From: Actinomycetota bacterium
GTDB lineage: Bacteria; Actinomycetota; Acidimicrobiia; Actinomarinales; Actinomarinaceae
Assembly: GCA_014239265.1 (NCBI GenBank)
Contig: JAAZZH010000002.1
Span: forward strand, 49,554 to 113,553
Direction of reading: 5' to 3'
DNA length: 64,000 nt
Shown here: piece after piece, positions 47,328-56,658 of the stretch
Position numbering within the stretch: the first letter of the stretch is position 1
How the letters are laid out: every line of letters starts with the position of its first letter
Program-made: the position numbers and the translations under genes
The notes under the pieces: model-generated
The model's database searches: none
What the model saw: the letters and a program-made list of their open reading frames with translations, nothing else
Told to the model about the DNA's origin: nothing

Positions 47328-47833
47328 CTAATTACAATAAGTTTTTCATAGAAATATCAAAAACCATAAGTAAAAAAACTATAATTATCAATATCAGAAA
47401 AGTACTCCCCAACTCAATAGAAAATAAAATTCCTAATAATAGATTTGTTTACTATTTTGCTTGGTTGCTCCTAGGATTTAATTTTTTTAGAAGCTTAGAG
47501 CATATATTTAATGAAGATGGTGGAGCTGAATCTATAGCTGGGTTACCGCTTAGCACTTATTCACCTGAAGCTGCAAACAATATAGTTTCCATATTTGCTC
47601 AATGGGGTTTTTCTCAATTAGTTTTGTCTTGTATTTTATTACTTGTAATTATAAAAATGAGAGAACTCATACCTCTTATGTTGTTATTTATTGCTTTAGA
47701 GAACATCTTAAGAGGTGCGGTAGGGTTGTATAAACCTTTAATTTTAGGAGATTCACCTCCGGGCGCAATTTCTCCAATTATTGGACTTGTTACCTTAGCT
47801 GTGTTCTTTATTTCAATTAAAGAAAACAGCTAA
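47282..47833 (+). CDS. Small polytopic membrane protein, function unknown (start codon unresolved)
   Basis: About 4 hydrophobic helices in the C-terminal two-thirds. The only canonical start in frame (TTG 47282) lies inside the tRNA-like gene; no ATG/GTG/TTG follows until inside the first helix. Confidence 0.45.
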   Translation: MSEKQGVGSSILPLATNYNKFFIEISKTISKKTIIINIRKVLPNSIENKIPNNRFVYYFAWLLLGFNFFRSLEHIFNEDGGAESIAGLPLSTYSPEAANNIVSIFAQWGFSQLVLSCILLLVIIKMRELIPLMLLFIALENILRGAVGLYKPLILGDSPPGAISPIIGLVTLAVFFISIKENS

Positions 47834-47888
47834 TTAAAAAAGTTCGTATTTGATTTTGTGCTAGCTTTCTTCTTGATATTCTCTAAAT

Positions 47889-48740
47889 TTATAAAGCTTG
47901 AATCCAATCTTCAGGATTATCATCAACAAAAAAGTCTGAAACAAGTGTCGCATCTGAATCAATAGCATATTGATCAAAGTCTGTAACACCCTCTTCTTCT
48001 AAAACATCTTGGTCTAAAAAGAAATTTCCTGTACAGGTTGAAGAATCTCTTTTTAGTACTGCATATGCAGCATCTGCGTATATAGATGGTTTTCTAGACC
48101 CTTTTACCAACTCTGCACCAATAACATTTCTAACGGCTGCTGTGTCTAAAGATGTCCTTGGCCACAAGCAATTTGAAGCAATACCATCTTTTTGAAATTC
48201 TTCAGCAAGTCCGTGGGCTACCAAAGACATTCCATATTTAGCTGTTGTATAAGCCAAGGTAATCCCAAACCATTTTCTAGAAATATCCAAAGGTGGTGAT
48301 AAAGTCAGAATATGTGCGTTTTCACTTTCCTTTAGATGTGGAATACATTGTTGACTTAATAGAAATGTTCCACGTACATTAATATTATGCATTAGGTCAT
48401 ATCTTTTCATAGGAGTGTTTACGGTATCAGACAAGTGAATTGCACTTGCATTATTTATGCAAATATCGATTCCTCCAAATTTTTCTACACCTTGGGCAAC
48501 AGCTGAAGCAACTTGTTCTTCGAATCTTATATCACAAACCACAGGTAAGGCATTTCCTCCGACTGCCTCAATTTCTTCAGCAGCTGTGTAGATAGTTCCA
48601 GGCAGGGTTGGATGAGGTTCAGTAGTTTTTGCTAGTATGATTACATTTGCTCCGTCTTTACCCAGTGTTTTTGCAATCTCTAGACCTACACCTCTAGAGC
48701 CACCACTCATGATTATTGTTTTATTTTTAAAATTTTCCAT
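47889..48740 (-). CDS. Short-chain dehydrogenase/reductase (HSDL2-like SDR)
   Basis: SGGSRGVG cofactor motif, NNAS, catalytic YTTAKYG (YxxxK). Confidence 0.8.
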   Translation of the reverse strand: MENFKNKTIIMSGGSRGVGLEIAKTLGKDGANVIILAKTTEPHPTLPGTIYTAAEEIEAVGGNALPVVCDIRFEEQVASAVAQGVEKFGGIDICINNASAIHLSDTVNTPMKRYDLMHNINVRGTFLLSQQCIPHLKESENAHILTLSPPLDISRKWFGITLAYTTAKYGMSLVAHGLAEEFQKDGIASNCLWPRTSLDTAAVRNVIGAELVKGSRKPSIYADAAYAVLKRDSSTCTGNFFLDQDVLEEEGVTDFDQYAIDSDATLVSDFFVDDNPEDWIQAL

Positions 48741-48752
48741 AGATGTATTCTA

Positions 48753-50015
48753 TTAAAATTGAGTCTCTTCTGTGGAGTTTTTCTTAGAAAGAAGTTCTGA
48801 ATCATCACCCATAACTATTTCCCCAATAGATTCGAAATAATCCCCACCAACTTCTTGTTGATGTTTAATAGCTGTATATCCTTCTTTGGAGAGTTTTAAT
48901 TCATACTCTTGTAAGTCAACAATTGCCTTCATGTTCCCACCTTTGTAATTATTTGCCAGGTTATACATAGAGCTAGACATTGAATGAAAACCAGCTAAAG
49001 AAACAAATTGCAATCTATAACCAAATTCAGAGAGATTCTTTTGAAAATTTGTTATCTCTATATCTGTAAATTTATCTGTCCAGTTAAACGACGGAGAGCA
49101 GTTATAGGCAAGAATTTTGTCAGGGTAATGTTTTTTTATTTCTGATGCAAATTCCTGTGCAAATCCAAGATCGGGAGTATTTGTTTCACACCAAATAACA
49201 TCAGCATATTTTGCATAAGCTAAAGATTTTGTGATTGCCATTTCTTCATTTTTTACAATTGGGTAATAGCCATCAGACGATCTTTTATTACTCAAAAAAG
49301 GCCTATCAGTTTCGTCAAAATCAGAAGTCATTAGTTTTGCATTTAGTGAATCTGTTCTTGCGATAAGAACAATCGGAGATCCAAGAACATCTGAAGCAAG
49401 TCTTGCTGAAGTTAATTTATTTATATATTCATGGGTTGGAATCACTACCTTTCCACCCATGTGCCCACACTTTTTTTCAGAAGCTAGCTGATCTTCAAAA
49501 TGTAATCCCGCCACTCCTGATTTAATAAATTGAGAAGTTAATTCAAAAACATTGTAGACACCACCAAAACCTGATTCAGCGTCAGCGATAACTGGAGGTA
49601 CAGCTTTTTTTTCTAATTCAACCATTTTTCTTAATAGCGTGTTATTAATTTTTTCTACAAAATTTGGACCACTGTTTGAAGGGTATAAAGATAAATCAGG
49701 ATAAGTGTTCGTTCCACCGTTACTTTCTGCAGCTACTTGCCACCCACTTACATAAATAAATTCATAATCTAGGTTGAACATTTGTAGTGCTTGTTGAGCT
49801 GTTATCGCACCTAGCCCAGAAATAAATTGATCATCTCTGTTTAAAAGTGACCAGAGCTTTTCAGCCCCAGTTTTTGATATGGGACTAATTGTTTCAAAAG
49901 GAGCTCTTAATTTTTTTATGTCATTTGACGAATATCTTCTAGAGATATTTTTCCAACGATCTGATTCAATATAGCTCTCTATACTTTCAAGTTCATCAAA
50001 AGCTTCATTCATCAT
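48753..50015 (-). CDS. aceA: Isocitrate lyase
   Basis: 420 aa with the diagnostic KKCGHMGGK active-site motif. Confidence 0.95.
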   Translation of the reverse strand: MMNEAFDELESIESYIESDRWKNISRRYSSNDIKKLRAPFETISPISKTGAEKLWSLLNRDDQFISGLGAITAQQALQMFNLDYEFIYVSGWQVAAESNGGTNTYPDLSLYPSNSGPNFVEKINNTLLRKMVELEKKAVPPVIADAESGFGGVYNVFELTSQFIKSGVAGLHFEDQLASEKKCGHMGGKVVIPTHEYINKLTSARLASDVLGSPIVLIARTDSLNAKLMTSDFDETDRPFLSNKRSSDGYYPIVKNEEMAITKSLAYAKYADVIWCETNTPDLGFAQEFASEIKKHYPDKILAYNCSPSFNWTDKFTDIEITNFQKNLSEFGYRLQFVSLAGFHSMSSSMYNLANNYKGGNMKAIVDLQEYELKLSKEGYTAIKHQQEVGGDYFESIGEIVMGDDSELLSKKNSTEETQF

Positions 50016-50021
50016 AAAAAG

Positions 50022-51068
50022 TTAAAGTTGACTAGCAGCAACTGAAGCGATAATGACCGTAAGTGTGATTATTCCTAGGGCAGTAATAAGTACTTCATTT
50101 TTTGTAATTTTTATTTTTGGACCAGCACTCATCACTGCAGAAAATGTCAAGATTGCTGCTGAGATTATCAAGGCAAAGAGCGGTGCGTAATCATGAAAGT
50201 TTATGAAAACTTGTGCAATTAAAAATGCTATTAAACCACCAACCATGATTGCGCTTAAAGGTATGACAGCCGAACCTGTAATTCTATTTCTTATAATTTG
50301 CGCTTCCTCTTCTTCAAAAACGTCAAGTCCCTTGGGTACTCCCAGAACCACTGAAAGCATGGAAATTAGAGCCTGGAATATAGTAGAAAGCAGAAGTATC
50401 CTCCAGAAGGATCCGAAAACTGGTAATAGGAAAACAGTAGGATCTTCAGGAAGGATTGGCTCAATAGTTTGCCCAATCGAAGAAGTTATAAAGAATCCGG
50501 AGATGGATCCAAAAATAAGTCCCAAACCAATTCCTTGAAAAATAGACTCTCTATCTGTTGTTTTTATCCCGTGTCCAATAAAGTTTGACTCTAATAATTT
50601 CTTAATATTTACAGTATTGAGAACTCCAAAAAATGTTGTTAATGCAGTAAGGGCAGCAATATAAGTAGTTTTTTGATAGTCAGTTATAAGGTTAAAAGTT
50701 TCGGATTCGAGGATTAACCCATCATAAAGATAAGTGCTGATGGCAATTGCTTGTATGAATCCAGTTACAACCCCAAAGAGCGAACCATACTGGACTGCAC
50801 GGCCAATTTTTGAAAATAGGTCTGCAGGGGGTTCAATAGCTTCTTCGATAACAGGTGCTACCACAGCTTCTTCGATAACAGGTGCTACCACAGCTTCTTC
50901 GATAACAGGTGTAGGGGCAACTTCTGTGGGTGTACCACCTGACCAGCTAGACAGAACTGCATTTACATCTGTACCATTTGCTTCTGCTCTTGCTTGAGCT
51001 GACCTAGAGACAAGCATTTGAGGAACACCAGTAGTGTTGCTAATCTCTTCTATAAGTTTTTCATCCAT
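50022..51068 (-). CDS. Membrane protein with soluble N-terminal domain, PVIEEAVVA repeat linker and about 8 TM helices; co-directional with the cta operon
   Basis: 348 aa. N-terminus GVPQMLVSRSAQARAEANGTDVNAVLSSWSGG, tandem peptide repeats, then a hydrophobic body. 17 nt downstream of ctaG and 6 nt upstream of aceA. Confidence 0.5.
   Translation of the reverse strand: MDEKLIEEISNTTGVPQMLVSRSAQARAEANGTDVNAVLSSWSGGTPTEVAPTPVIEEAVVAPVIEEAVVAPVIEEAIEPPADLFSKIGRAVQYGSLFGVVTGFIQAIAISTYLYDGLILESETFNLITDYQKTTYIAALTALTTFFGVLNTVNIKKLLESNFIGHGIKTTDRESIFQGIGLGLIFGSISGFFITSSIGQTIEPILPEDPTVFLLPVFGSFWRILLLSTIFQALISMLSVVLGVPKGLDVFEEEEAQIIRNRITGSAVIPLSAIMVGGLIAFLIAQVFINFHDYAPLFALIISAAILTFSAVMSAGPKIKITKNEVLITALGIITLTVIIASVAASQL
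50838..50911. repeat. In-frame 27-nt tandem repeat (about 2.7 units)
   Basis: AGCTTCTTCGATAACAGGTGCTACCAC at 50838-50864 and 50865-50891, plus the first 20 nt of a third unit. Encodes PVIEEAVVA repeats. Confidence 0.9.
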
Positions 51069-51085
51069 AATGTTCTTATTAAATT

Positions 51086-51865
51086 TTAGTCGTTAGTGGA
51101 AGTTCTAACTACATCATCAAAGGTTTTTTCAGTTTTGTACCATTTCATCCAAGTTATAAGTATAAAGATCCAGAGTATCAATCCTCCGCCAAGCTTGAGA
51201 ACAAGACCAGCCATGGTTTGATCGTTAATTACGGAAACATTAAAAATATTATCAACTTCGAGGTATGCAGAATAAAGTGGTTCAGTTCCAAAAGCTAAAA
51301 AGCTAGCGGGAATTGTTGGTAGTAATGATTGCATAAAAAGGTAAGCTATTTTTCCAGGATCACTTAATTGTTTAATTTCTTTGGTGAGCCCAATAACAGG
51401 AATCCACATATTTAGAGAGACTAAAAGCATTACACCGTGAATAAAAAAATGAAAAACAGTGTTTGTGACCATAAGGTTGATAACCGTTGTCCAATGCATT
51501 CCAACCATGACAAAATTAAATAAGAAAAATGCAACAACAGGTTTGGTGGTAATTTGCAATAGGGCAATTAAAGGTCTGATCGAAATGAGTTTCTTTTGAG
51601 CACTATTTAAACCATTAAGCAAAAGAGGGGGAGCAATCAATGCTAAAACTAAGTGCTCAGCTGAGTGAACCGAAAATAAGTATTTCTCACCGATATCGTG
51701 AATTGGCCAATCCGTAAAAAGCCATAAGATAAAAAGACCAGAATACCATGATTTTCTTTTGCTCTTTTTTATTGAAGAATTATCAGTGGAGTATTCGAAA
51801 AAAATTATAAGTGTAACAATGAGTGCCCAGACATCATAATGAGGGTGCCAAACTAGATTTTCCAT
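51086..51865 (-). CDS. ctaG: Cytochrome c oxidase assembly factor CtaG (caa3-type)
   Basis: 259 aa polytopic protein directly following the oxidase subunit genes. Caa3_CtaG-like helix pattern with conserved His residues (HSAEH). Confidence 0.7.
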   Translation of the reverse strand: MENLVWHPHYDVWALIVTLIIFFEYSTDNSSIKKSKRKSWYSGLFILWLFTDWPIHDIGEKYLFSVHSAEHLVLALIAPPLLLNGLNSAQKKLISIRPLIALLQITTKPVVAFFLFNFVMVGMHWTTVINLMVTNTVFHFFIHGVMLLVSLNMWIPVIGLTKEIKQLSDPGKIAYLFMQSLLPTIPASFLAFGTEPLYSAYLEVDNIFNVSVINDQTMAGLVLKLGGGLILWIFILITWMKWYKTEKTFDDVVRTSTND

Positions 51866-52164
51866 TAAATAAAGTTTGCAGCTGCTCTTTCAAACATAAC
51901 AATAGCAAATAGAATAAGAGCTAGAATCATTCCACCTGTGAAAAATTTATTAATTAAAGAATCTTCGAATCTCAAGTGCATAAACCAGCCAACTACAATC
52001 ACAAATTTTCCAACAGCTAAAATTATGAGCAAGGGATCAGTAAATACTCCGACTACGTCTTCGGTGTAATATAAGGCAACCTCGATAGCTGTTAATGCAC
52101 CTAAAACTAGTGCTATTTGAACATACTGAACTGGCTTTGGGTGGGGTTTGTGATCAACAGACAT
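51865..52164 (-). CDS. ctaF: Cytochrome c oxidase subunit IV (Bacillus-type COX4_pro)
   Basis: I prefer ATG 52164 (MSVDHKPHPKPVQY...), a TAATG overlap with ctaE, over the longer ORF-track start at 52200. About 99 aa, three helices, typical of prokaryotic subunit IV. Confidence 0.6.
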   Translation of the reverse strand: MSVDHKPHPKPVQYVQIALVLGALTAIEVALYYTEDVVGVFTDPLLIILAVGKFVIVVGWFMHLRFEDSLINKFFTGGMILALILFAIVMFERAAANFI

Positions 52165-52748
52165 TATATTAAGTACACAACTGTAAAAAGTACAATCCAA
52201 ACGATATCAACAAAATGCCAATACAAGGCTACAAATTCTAGGTTCATACCACCATCCAAAGAAAGTCCATTTTGTCTCTGACCTATGCTCCAGAGAGCAA
52301 TGAGAAGAACTACTCCTATGAATACATGAAGACCGTGAAAACCCGTCAAAACATAAAAAGTTGAGCTAAAGATGTTTGAAGAAAGTACGAATCCTTTATG
52401 ATAAAACTCCGTAAACTCATAGATTTGTCCAGCTAAAAAAACAGCACCTAACATTGCAGTGGAGAGTAACCAGACTCTTGTCTTTTCCTGATCACCATTC
52501 TCTAAAGCATTATGAGCAAGAACCATAGTCAAAGAGCTCATTAACAAGACGAAAGAGCTAACAGATGTAAAAGGTATGTCGTAAACATCAGAAAGTTTAA
52601 TCCCTGGAAAGTCTCTCCCTTTAAATATCATAAATGTGGTTATTAACGTTCCAAAGAATAATATTTCAGTAGAAAGAAATACCCACATCCCAAGTTTTCT
52701 TGTTTCAACCCCTGTAGGTTCATGTGGGTAAGAGTGAGAATCACTCAT
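52164..52748 (-). CDS. ctaE: Cytochrome c oxidase subunit III
   Basis: 194 aa, five helices. HGLHVFIGV and YWHFVDIVW motifs. Confidence 0.85.
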   Translation of the reverse strand: MSDSHSYPHEPTGVETRKLGMWVFLSTEILFFGTLITTFMIFKGRDFPGIKLSDVYDIPFTSVSSFVLLMSSLTMVLAHNALENGDQEKTRVWLLSTAMLGAVFLAGQIYEFTEFYHKGFVLSSNIFSSTFYVLTGFHGLHVFIGVVLLIALWSIGQRQNGLSLDGGMNLEFVALYWHFVDIVWIVLFTVVYLI

Positions 52749-54702
52749 TTTCAGAATCTTCTGTAAACTCTTCTTCTAAAGGCTCTGTACCCCAACCAAA
52801 ACTACCTATAAGTATTAACAATCCACCTACTATTGCTAAAGGAAGGGACTTATAAATCACAGCATATCCGAGAAATGGTAAACCAGAAGCCAGAATTATC
52901 GGAAAATATGATGGATTTGGAAGTTCTATATCTTCTTTTGGATTCAATCCTTCTTCTTCAAGCTCGAGTAAAAGAGCATCAGTCGTATCTCTTTTAACAG
53001 GTCGACCATCTTCATCTTCGTCATATTTCATGTGCCAGAAATCATCAAGAGACTTTACTTCTGGGGCTTTTGAGAAGTTCCATACAGGTGTAGGAGAAGG
53101 TATACTCCACTCAATTGTTCTTGCATCCCAAGGGTCAAAACCAGCTTCAGGGCCTTTTCTTCTAGAATAAATCCAGTTTGCCATAAATACTAAAATTGAA
53201 AGAGCAATGATAAATGCACCGATGGAAACTATTAAGTTCCAGAATGCTAAGTTCGTTTCTTCTGCATAAACCCAGGTTCTTCTTACTTGACCCTGTAGCC
53301 CAAGCCAATGCATTGGACCAAAAGTAAGATTAAACCCAATCATCATTAGCCAAAAATGTATTTTTCCAAGGGTCTCGTTATACATTTTCCCCCAAACTTT
53401 TGGAAACCAATAATAAAGGCCCGAAAAAATGCCAAACATTGCACCACCAAATAAAACGTAGTGAAAGTGGGCAACTACATAGTAGGTATCAGTCTGTTGT
53501 GTATCAGCTGGAACAATTGCGTGAGTGACACCGCTTAAACCACCAATTAAAAACATTCCAATAAATCCTAAAGAGAAAAGCATCGGAGTTTTCATACTTA
53601 ATTTGCCACCCCATATAGTTCCAAGCCAATTAAATATCTTAACACCCGTTGGCACAGCAATAACCATTGTTGATAGACCAAACCCAGCTTGCGCCACTGG
53701 ACTTATTGCGGAAGCAAACATATGATGTGCCCAGACTCCAAATCCAATAAACGCAATTCCGAAACCAGCAAATACTATTGCAGGGTAACCAAAGAGAGGT
53801 TTTCTGGAAAATGTAGGTAGTACTTCAGAAACTATACCAAAGGCGGGAAGTATTAGGATATAAACCTCAGGATGACCAAAGAGCCAGAATAAATGCTGCC
53901 AGAGTATTGGGTCTCCACCACCTTCTGTCAAGAAGAAAGTTGTTCCAAATTGTCTATCGAAAGTTACATAGAATAGAGCTATTGCAATTATTGGTAGAGA
54001 GAATGCTAGTAAAAAAGAAACGGCGAAGGTCATCCAAGTGAAAACTGGCATCCTCATGAATCGCATCCCTTTTGTCCTCATATTAAGAATTGTTGTTATA
54101 AAGTTAAAAGCTGAAACTAAAGAAGCAATACCGAGTATTTGTAATCCAATCGCCCAATAGTCCATAGCTGTACCTGGTGAGTACTTCATTCCGGCATTAG
54201 GTTGATAGCCAAACCAACCTCCATTTGGAGCAGAACCGAGGCGACTCACCTCTTCTGCTAGATAACCACCTTCTGGAGCTCCGGCAGTTCCGAATAGAAA
54301 AGTAGAGTATAGGAAGACACCACCAAAAATAAAAATCCAGAAAGAAAGTGCATTTAATCTTGGAAAAGCAACATCTCTGGCTCCAATTTGCAAGGGAAGT
54401 AAGTAATTAAAAAATGCTGCACTAATTGGCATGATTGCAAGAAATATCATGGTTGTTCCATGCATAGTGAACATTGCATTATATTCAGCAGCACTTAAAA
54501 AATTATTATCTGGTGATGCAAGCTGTATTCTTAATAAAAGAGCTTCAATCCCTCCAACTAATAAAAAGAAAAATGCTGCATAGCCGTACATTATTCCTAT
54601 ACGTTTATGATCAACAGTGGTTATCCAACTCCAAATACCTGTCTCAGAAGAGGGTCTTTTAAAAATATTAGATTGTTTCCTAGGTTGTATAATCTTTGTC
54701 AT
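52741..54702 (-). CDS. ctaD: Cytochrome c oxidase subunit I with a C-terminal two-helix extension
   Basis: 653 aa. WLFGHPEVYILILP, HHMF and VAHFHYV motifs. About 90 extra C-terminal residues with two hydrophobic helices. Confidence 0.95.
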   Translation of the reverse strand: MTKIIQPRKQSNIFKRPSSETGIWSWITTVDHKRIGIMYGYAAFFFLLVGGIEALLLRIQLASPDNNFLSAAEYNAMFTMHGTTMIFLAIMPISAAFFNYLLPLQIGARDVAFPRLNALSFWIFIFGGVFLYSTFLFGTAGAPEGGYLAEEVSRLGSAPNGGWFGYQPNAGMKYSPGTAMDYWAIGLQILGIASLVSAFNFITTILNMRTKGMRFMRMPVFTWMTFAVSFLLAFSLPIIAIALFYVTFDRQFGTTFFLTEGGGDPILWQHLFWLFGHPEVYILILPAFGIVSEVLPTFSRKPLFGYPAIVFAGFGIAFIGFGVWAHHMFASAISPVAQAGFGLSTMVIAVPTGVKIFNWLGTIWGGKLSMKTPMLFSLGFIGMFLIGGLSGVTHAIVPADTQQTDTYYVVAHFHYVLFGGAMFGIFSGLYYWFPKVWGKMYNETLGKIHFWLMMIGFNLTFGPMHWLGLQGQVRRTWVYAEETNLAFWNLIVSIGAFIIALSILVFMANWIYSRRKGPEAGFDPWDARTIEWSIPSPTPVWNFSKAPEVKSLDDFWHMKYDEDEDGRPVKRDTTDALLLELEEEGLNPKEDIELPNPSYFPIILASGLPFLGYAVIYKSLPLAIVGGLLILIGSFGWGTEPLEEEFTEDSENE

Positions 54703-55715
54703 TTAAGCGTTCCCAAATATGCAATCAATGCATTTATTTCTTTCTCAGTTAATTCTAGATTAGGCATGAAAGTACCGGGTTTTATCTCAGCAGGATTTGC
54801 AAGCCATTTTGTTAGATTTTCTCGATTATTTTTTAACGCTGCACCAGCAAACACATTTCTATTTGCAAAATGAGTCAAGTTTGGTGCAATTCTATCTCCT
54901 TGGACATCCCATACACCATCAATTACATGGCACTGCGTACAACCTGCATTTAGATAAACAAGTTGACCCTCAGCGGCTAGTGAGGATTCAGGTAATTCCT
55001 TCTCAGCATAAGACTGTTCATTTTTTACCCAAGATGCAAAATCTGCTTCAGTCATAGAAATAACACGACCTCGCATTTTTGAATGACTTAAACCGCAATA
55101 CTCTCCACATTGAGCCCAAAATTCTTCAGGAGAATCTGCCTGAAGATTAAGATAAGTTTTTTGTCCTGGTACTAAGTATTTCTTCCCATTTAACTTTGGA
55201 ACCCAATAGTTGTGTAATACATCATTTGACCACATCTCAAGTCTCACGGGTTGATCTTCTGGTATAACTAAAACATTGGCAGTTGTAATACCAAAGTCTG
55301 GATATTTGTATTCAAACCACCACTGATGTCCTATAACTTCAATTTTTAAAGCATCTTCAGGTTCTCGAGCTAGGTCGAAAATAGTTTGTACGGTTGGGAC
55401 AGCTATGGCAGCTAAAATCATAACTGGAATTATGGTCCAAAGTATTTCTAAAAAGTTGTTTCCATGAATTTGTTTTGGTTCAGGGCTTCCTTCTCTTTCT
55501 TTAAAATAAAATACCGAAAAAAGTAATGCACCTTGAACGATTACGAAAACACCTACAGCAATCCAAAAGGTGAGCCAAAAAAGTTCATCTATACTTCTTG
55601 CATATGGACCTGCAGGACTCAACGAGTCAAGTGGAGCATCTTCTATACACGATGATAGAAAGATAAAACTCAACCAATAAATTTTCTTATGTCTAAACAT
55701 TTTATTCACAAACAA
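54699..55715 (-). CDS. ctaC: Cytochrome c oxidase subunit II with fused C-terminal cytochrome c domain (caa3-type)
   Basis: CuA site H...CGEYCGLSHSKM. C-terminal haem c motif CTQCH with a downstream Met (GTFMPN). Confidence 0.9.
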   Translation of the reverse strand: MFVNKMFRHKKIYWLSFIFLSSCIEDAPLDSLSPAGPYARSIDELFWLTFWIAVGVFVIVQGALLFSVFYFKEREGSPEPKQIHGNNFLEILWTIIPVMILAAIAVPTVQTIFDLAREPEDALKIEVIGHQWWFEYKYPDFGITTANVLVIPEDQPVRLEMWSNDVLHNYWVPKLNGKKYLVPGQKTYLNLQADSPEEFWAQCGEYCGLSHSKMRGRVISMTEADFASWVKNEQSYAEKELPESSLAAEGQLVYLNAGCTQCHVIDGVWDVQGDRIAPNLTHFANRNVFAGAALKNNRENLTKWLANPAEIKPGTFMPNLELTEKEINALIAYLGTLK

Positions 55716-55770
55716 CCCTTTAGGATAGCGTTCAAACTATATATAGTGTAATCATAAGTAGTATGAGTTA

Positions 55771-56658
55771 ATGTTATCAAACAAAATTTCTTTGGTAAAA
55801 AAATATATAAAACTCTCTAAATTACGAGTTGTAGAGTTACTACTTGTCACTACCGTTCCCAGCATGATTGTTTCTCTCTATTCTATGCCCCCGTTAAATC
55901 TGGTTGCCTACACTTTAATCGGAGGAACATTGCTAGCTGTAAGCGCAAATGTGATGAATCAGGTATTCGAAATTGATAGAGATAAACTTATGACAAGAAC
56001 TTCAGATCGGCCACTTGTCACTGGAGATCTTCAAAAATCTAGTGCCATAATTTATTCCATAGCGATGGGAGTAATTGGTTTCATGGTTTTATATTTCTTG
56101 ACTACCCCAACAGCAGCATTAATAGGTCTTATTGCAAATCAGTTTTACATATTTGTTTATACATTGATTTTAAAGCCCAGAACAAATCAAAATATTGTAA
56201 TAGGTGGAGCGGCAGGAGCAGCTCCAGTATTAATTGGATGGACGGCAACAGGAAGTGCACTTGACGTAGGAGCTTGGTTACTATTTCTACTTGTTTTCAT
56301 GTGGACACCTGCACATTTTTGGGCACTGTCTATAGAAAATGAGTCTGACTACAAAAATGCAGATTTTCCAATGCTCCCCACCCAAGAAACTCACGAAAGG
56401 TCATCTATATATATTGCAATTTATTCCTGTGCTACAGTTTTGATATCAATAGCTGCAGCCCCAGTTTTACAATTAGGTATTGTGTATTTGTTAATATCGA
56501 TTTCTCTAGGAACAAATCTTATGTATAAATCTTTTAGCCTTTATAAAAAAAATATACAACCAATTAAATATTTTGTCTTTTCAAATACTTATCTTGCTGT
56601 TATATTTTTAGGAATAGTTGCAGACATAATGTGGACTTTAAGAGGTGTTGTTACATGA
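55771..56658 (+). CDS. ctaB: Protoheme IX farnesyltransferase (heme O synthase)
   Basis: 295 aa UbiA-family prenyltransferase (NQVFEIDRDKLMTRTSDRPL). Divergent from ctaC. Confidence 0.9.
   Translation: MLSNKISLVKKYIKLSKLRVVELLLVTTVPSMIVSLYSMPPLNLVAYTLIGGTLLAVSANVMNQVFEIDRDKLMTRTSDRPLVTGDLQKSSAIIYSIAMGVIGFMVLYFLTTPTAALIGLIANQFYIFVYTLILKPRTNQNIVIGGAAGAAPVLIGWTATGSALDVGAWLLFLLVFMWTPAHFWALSIENESDYKNADFPMLPTQETHERSSIYIAIYSCATVLISIAAAPVLQLGIVYLLISISLGTNLMYKSFSLYKKNIQPIKYFVFSNTYLAVIFLGIVADIMWTLRGVVT

Noticed and set aside
47328-47900. Possible integrated islet downstream of the tRNA-Phe-like gene, bounded by a direct repeat of the tRNA 3' end.
   Set aside because: No integrase or other mobile-element gene is present. 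The only resemblance downstream (AGTTCGTATTTGA near 47840 versus AGTTCGATTCTG) is too short and imperfect to call an att repeat.
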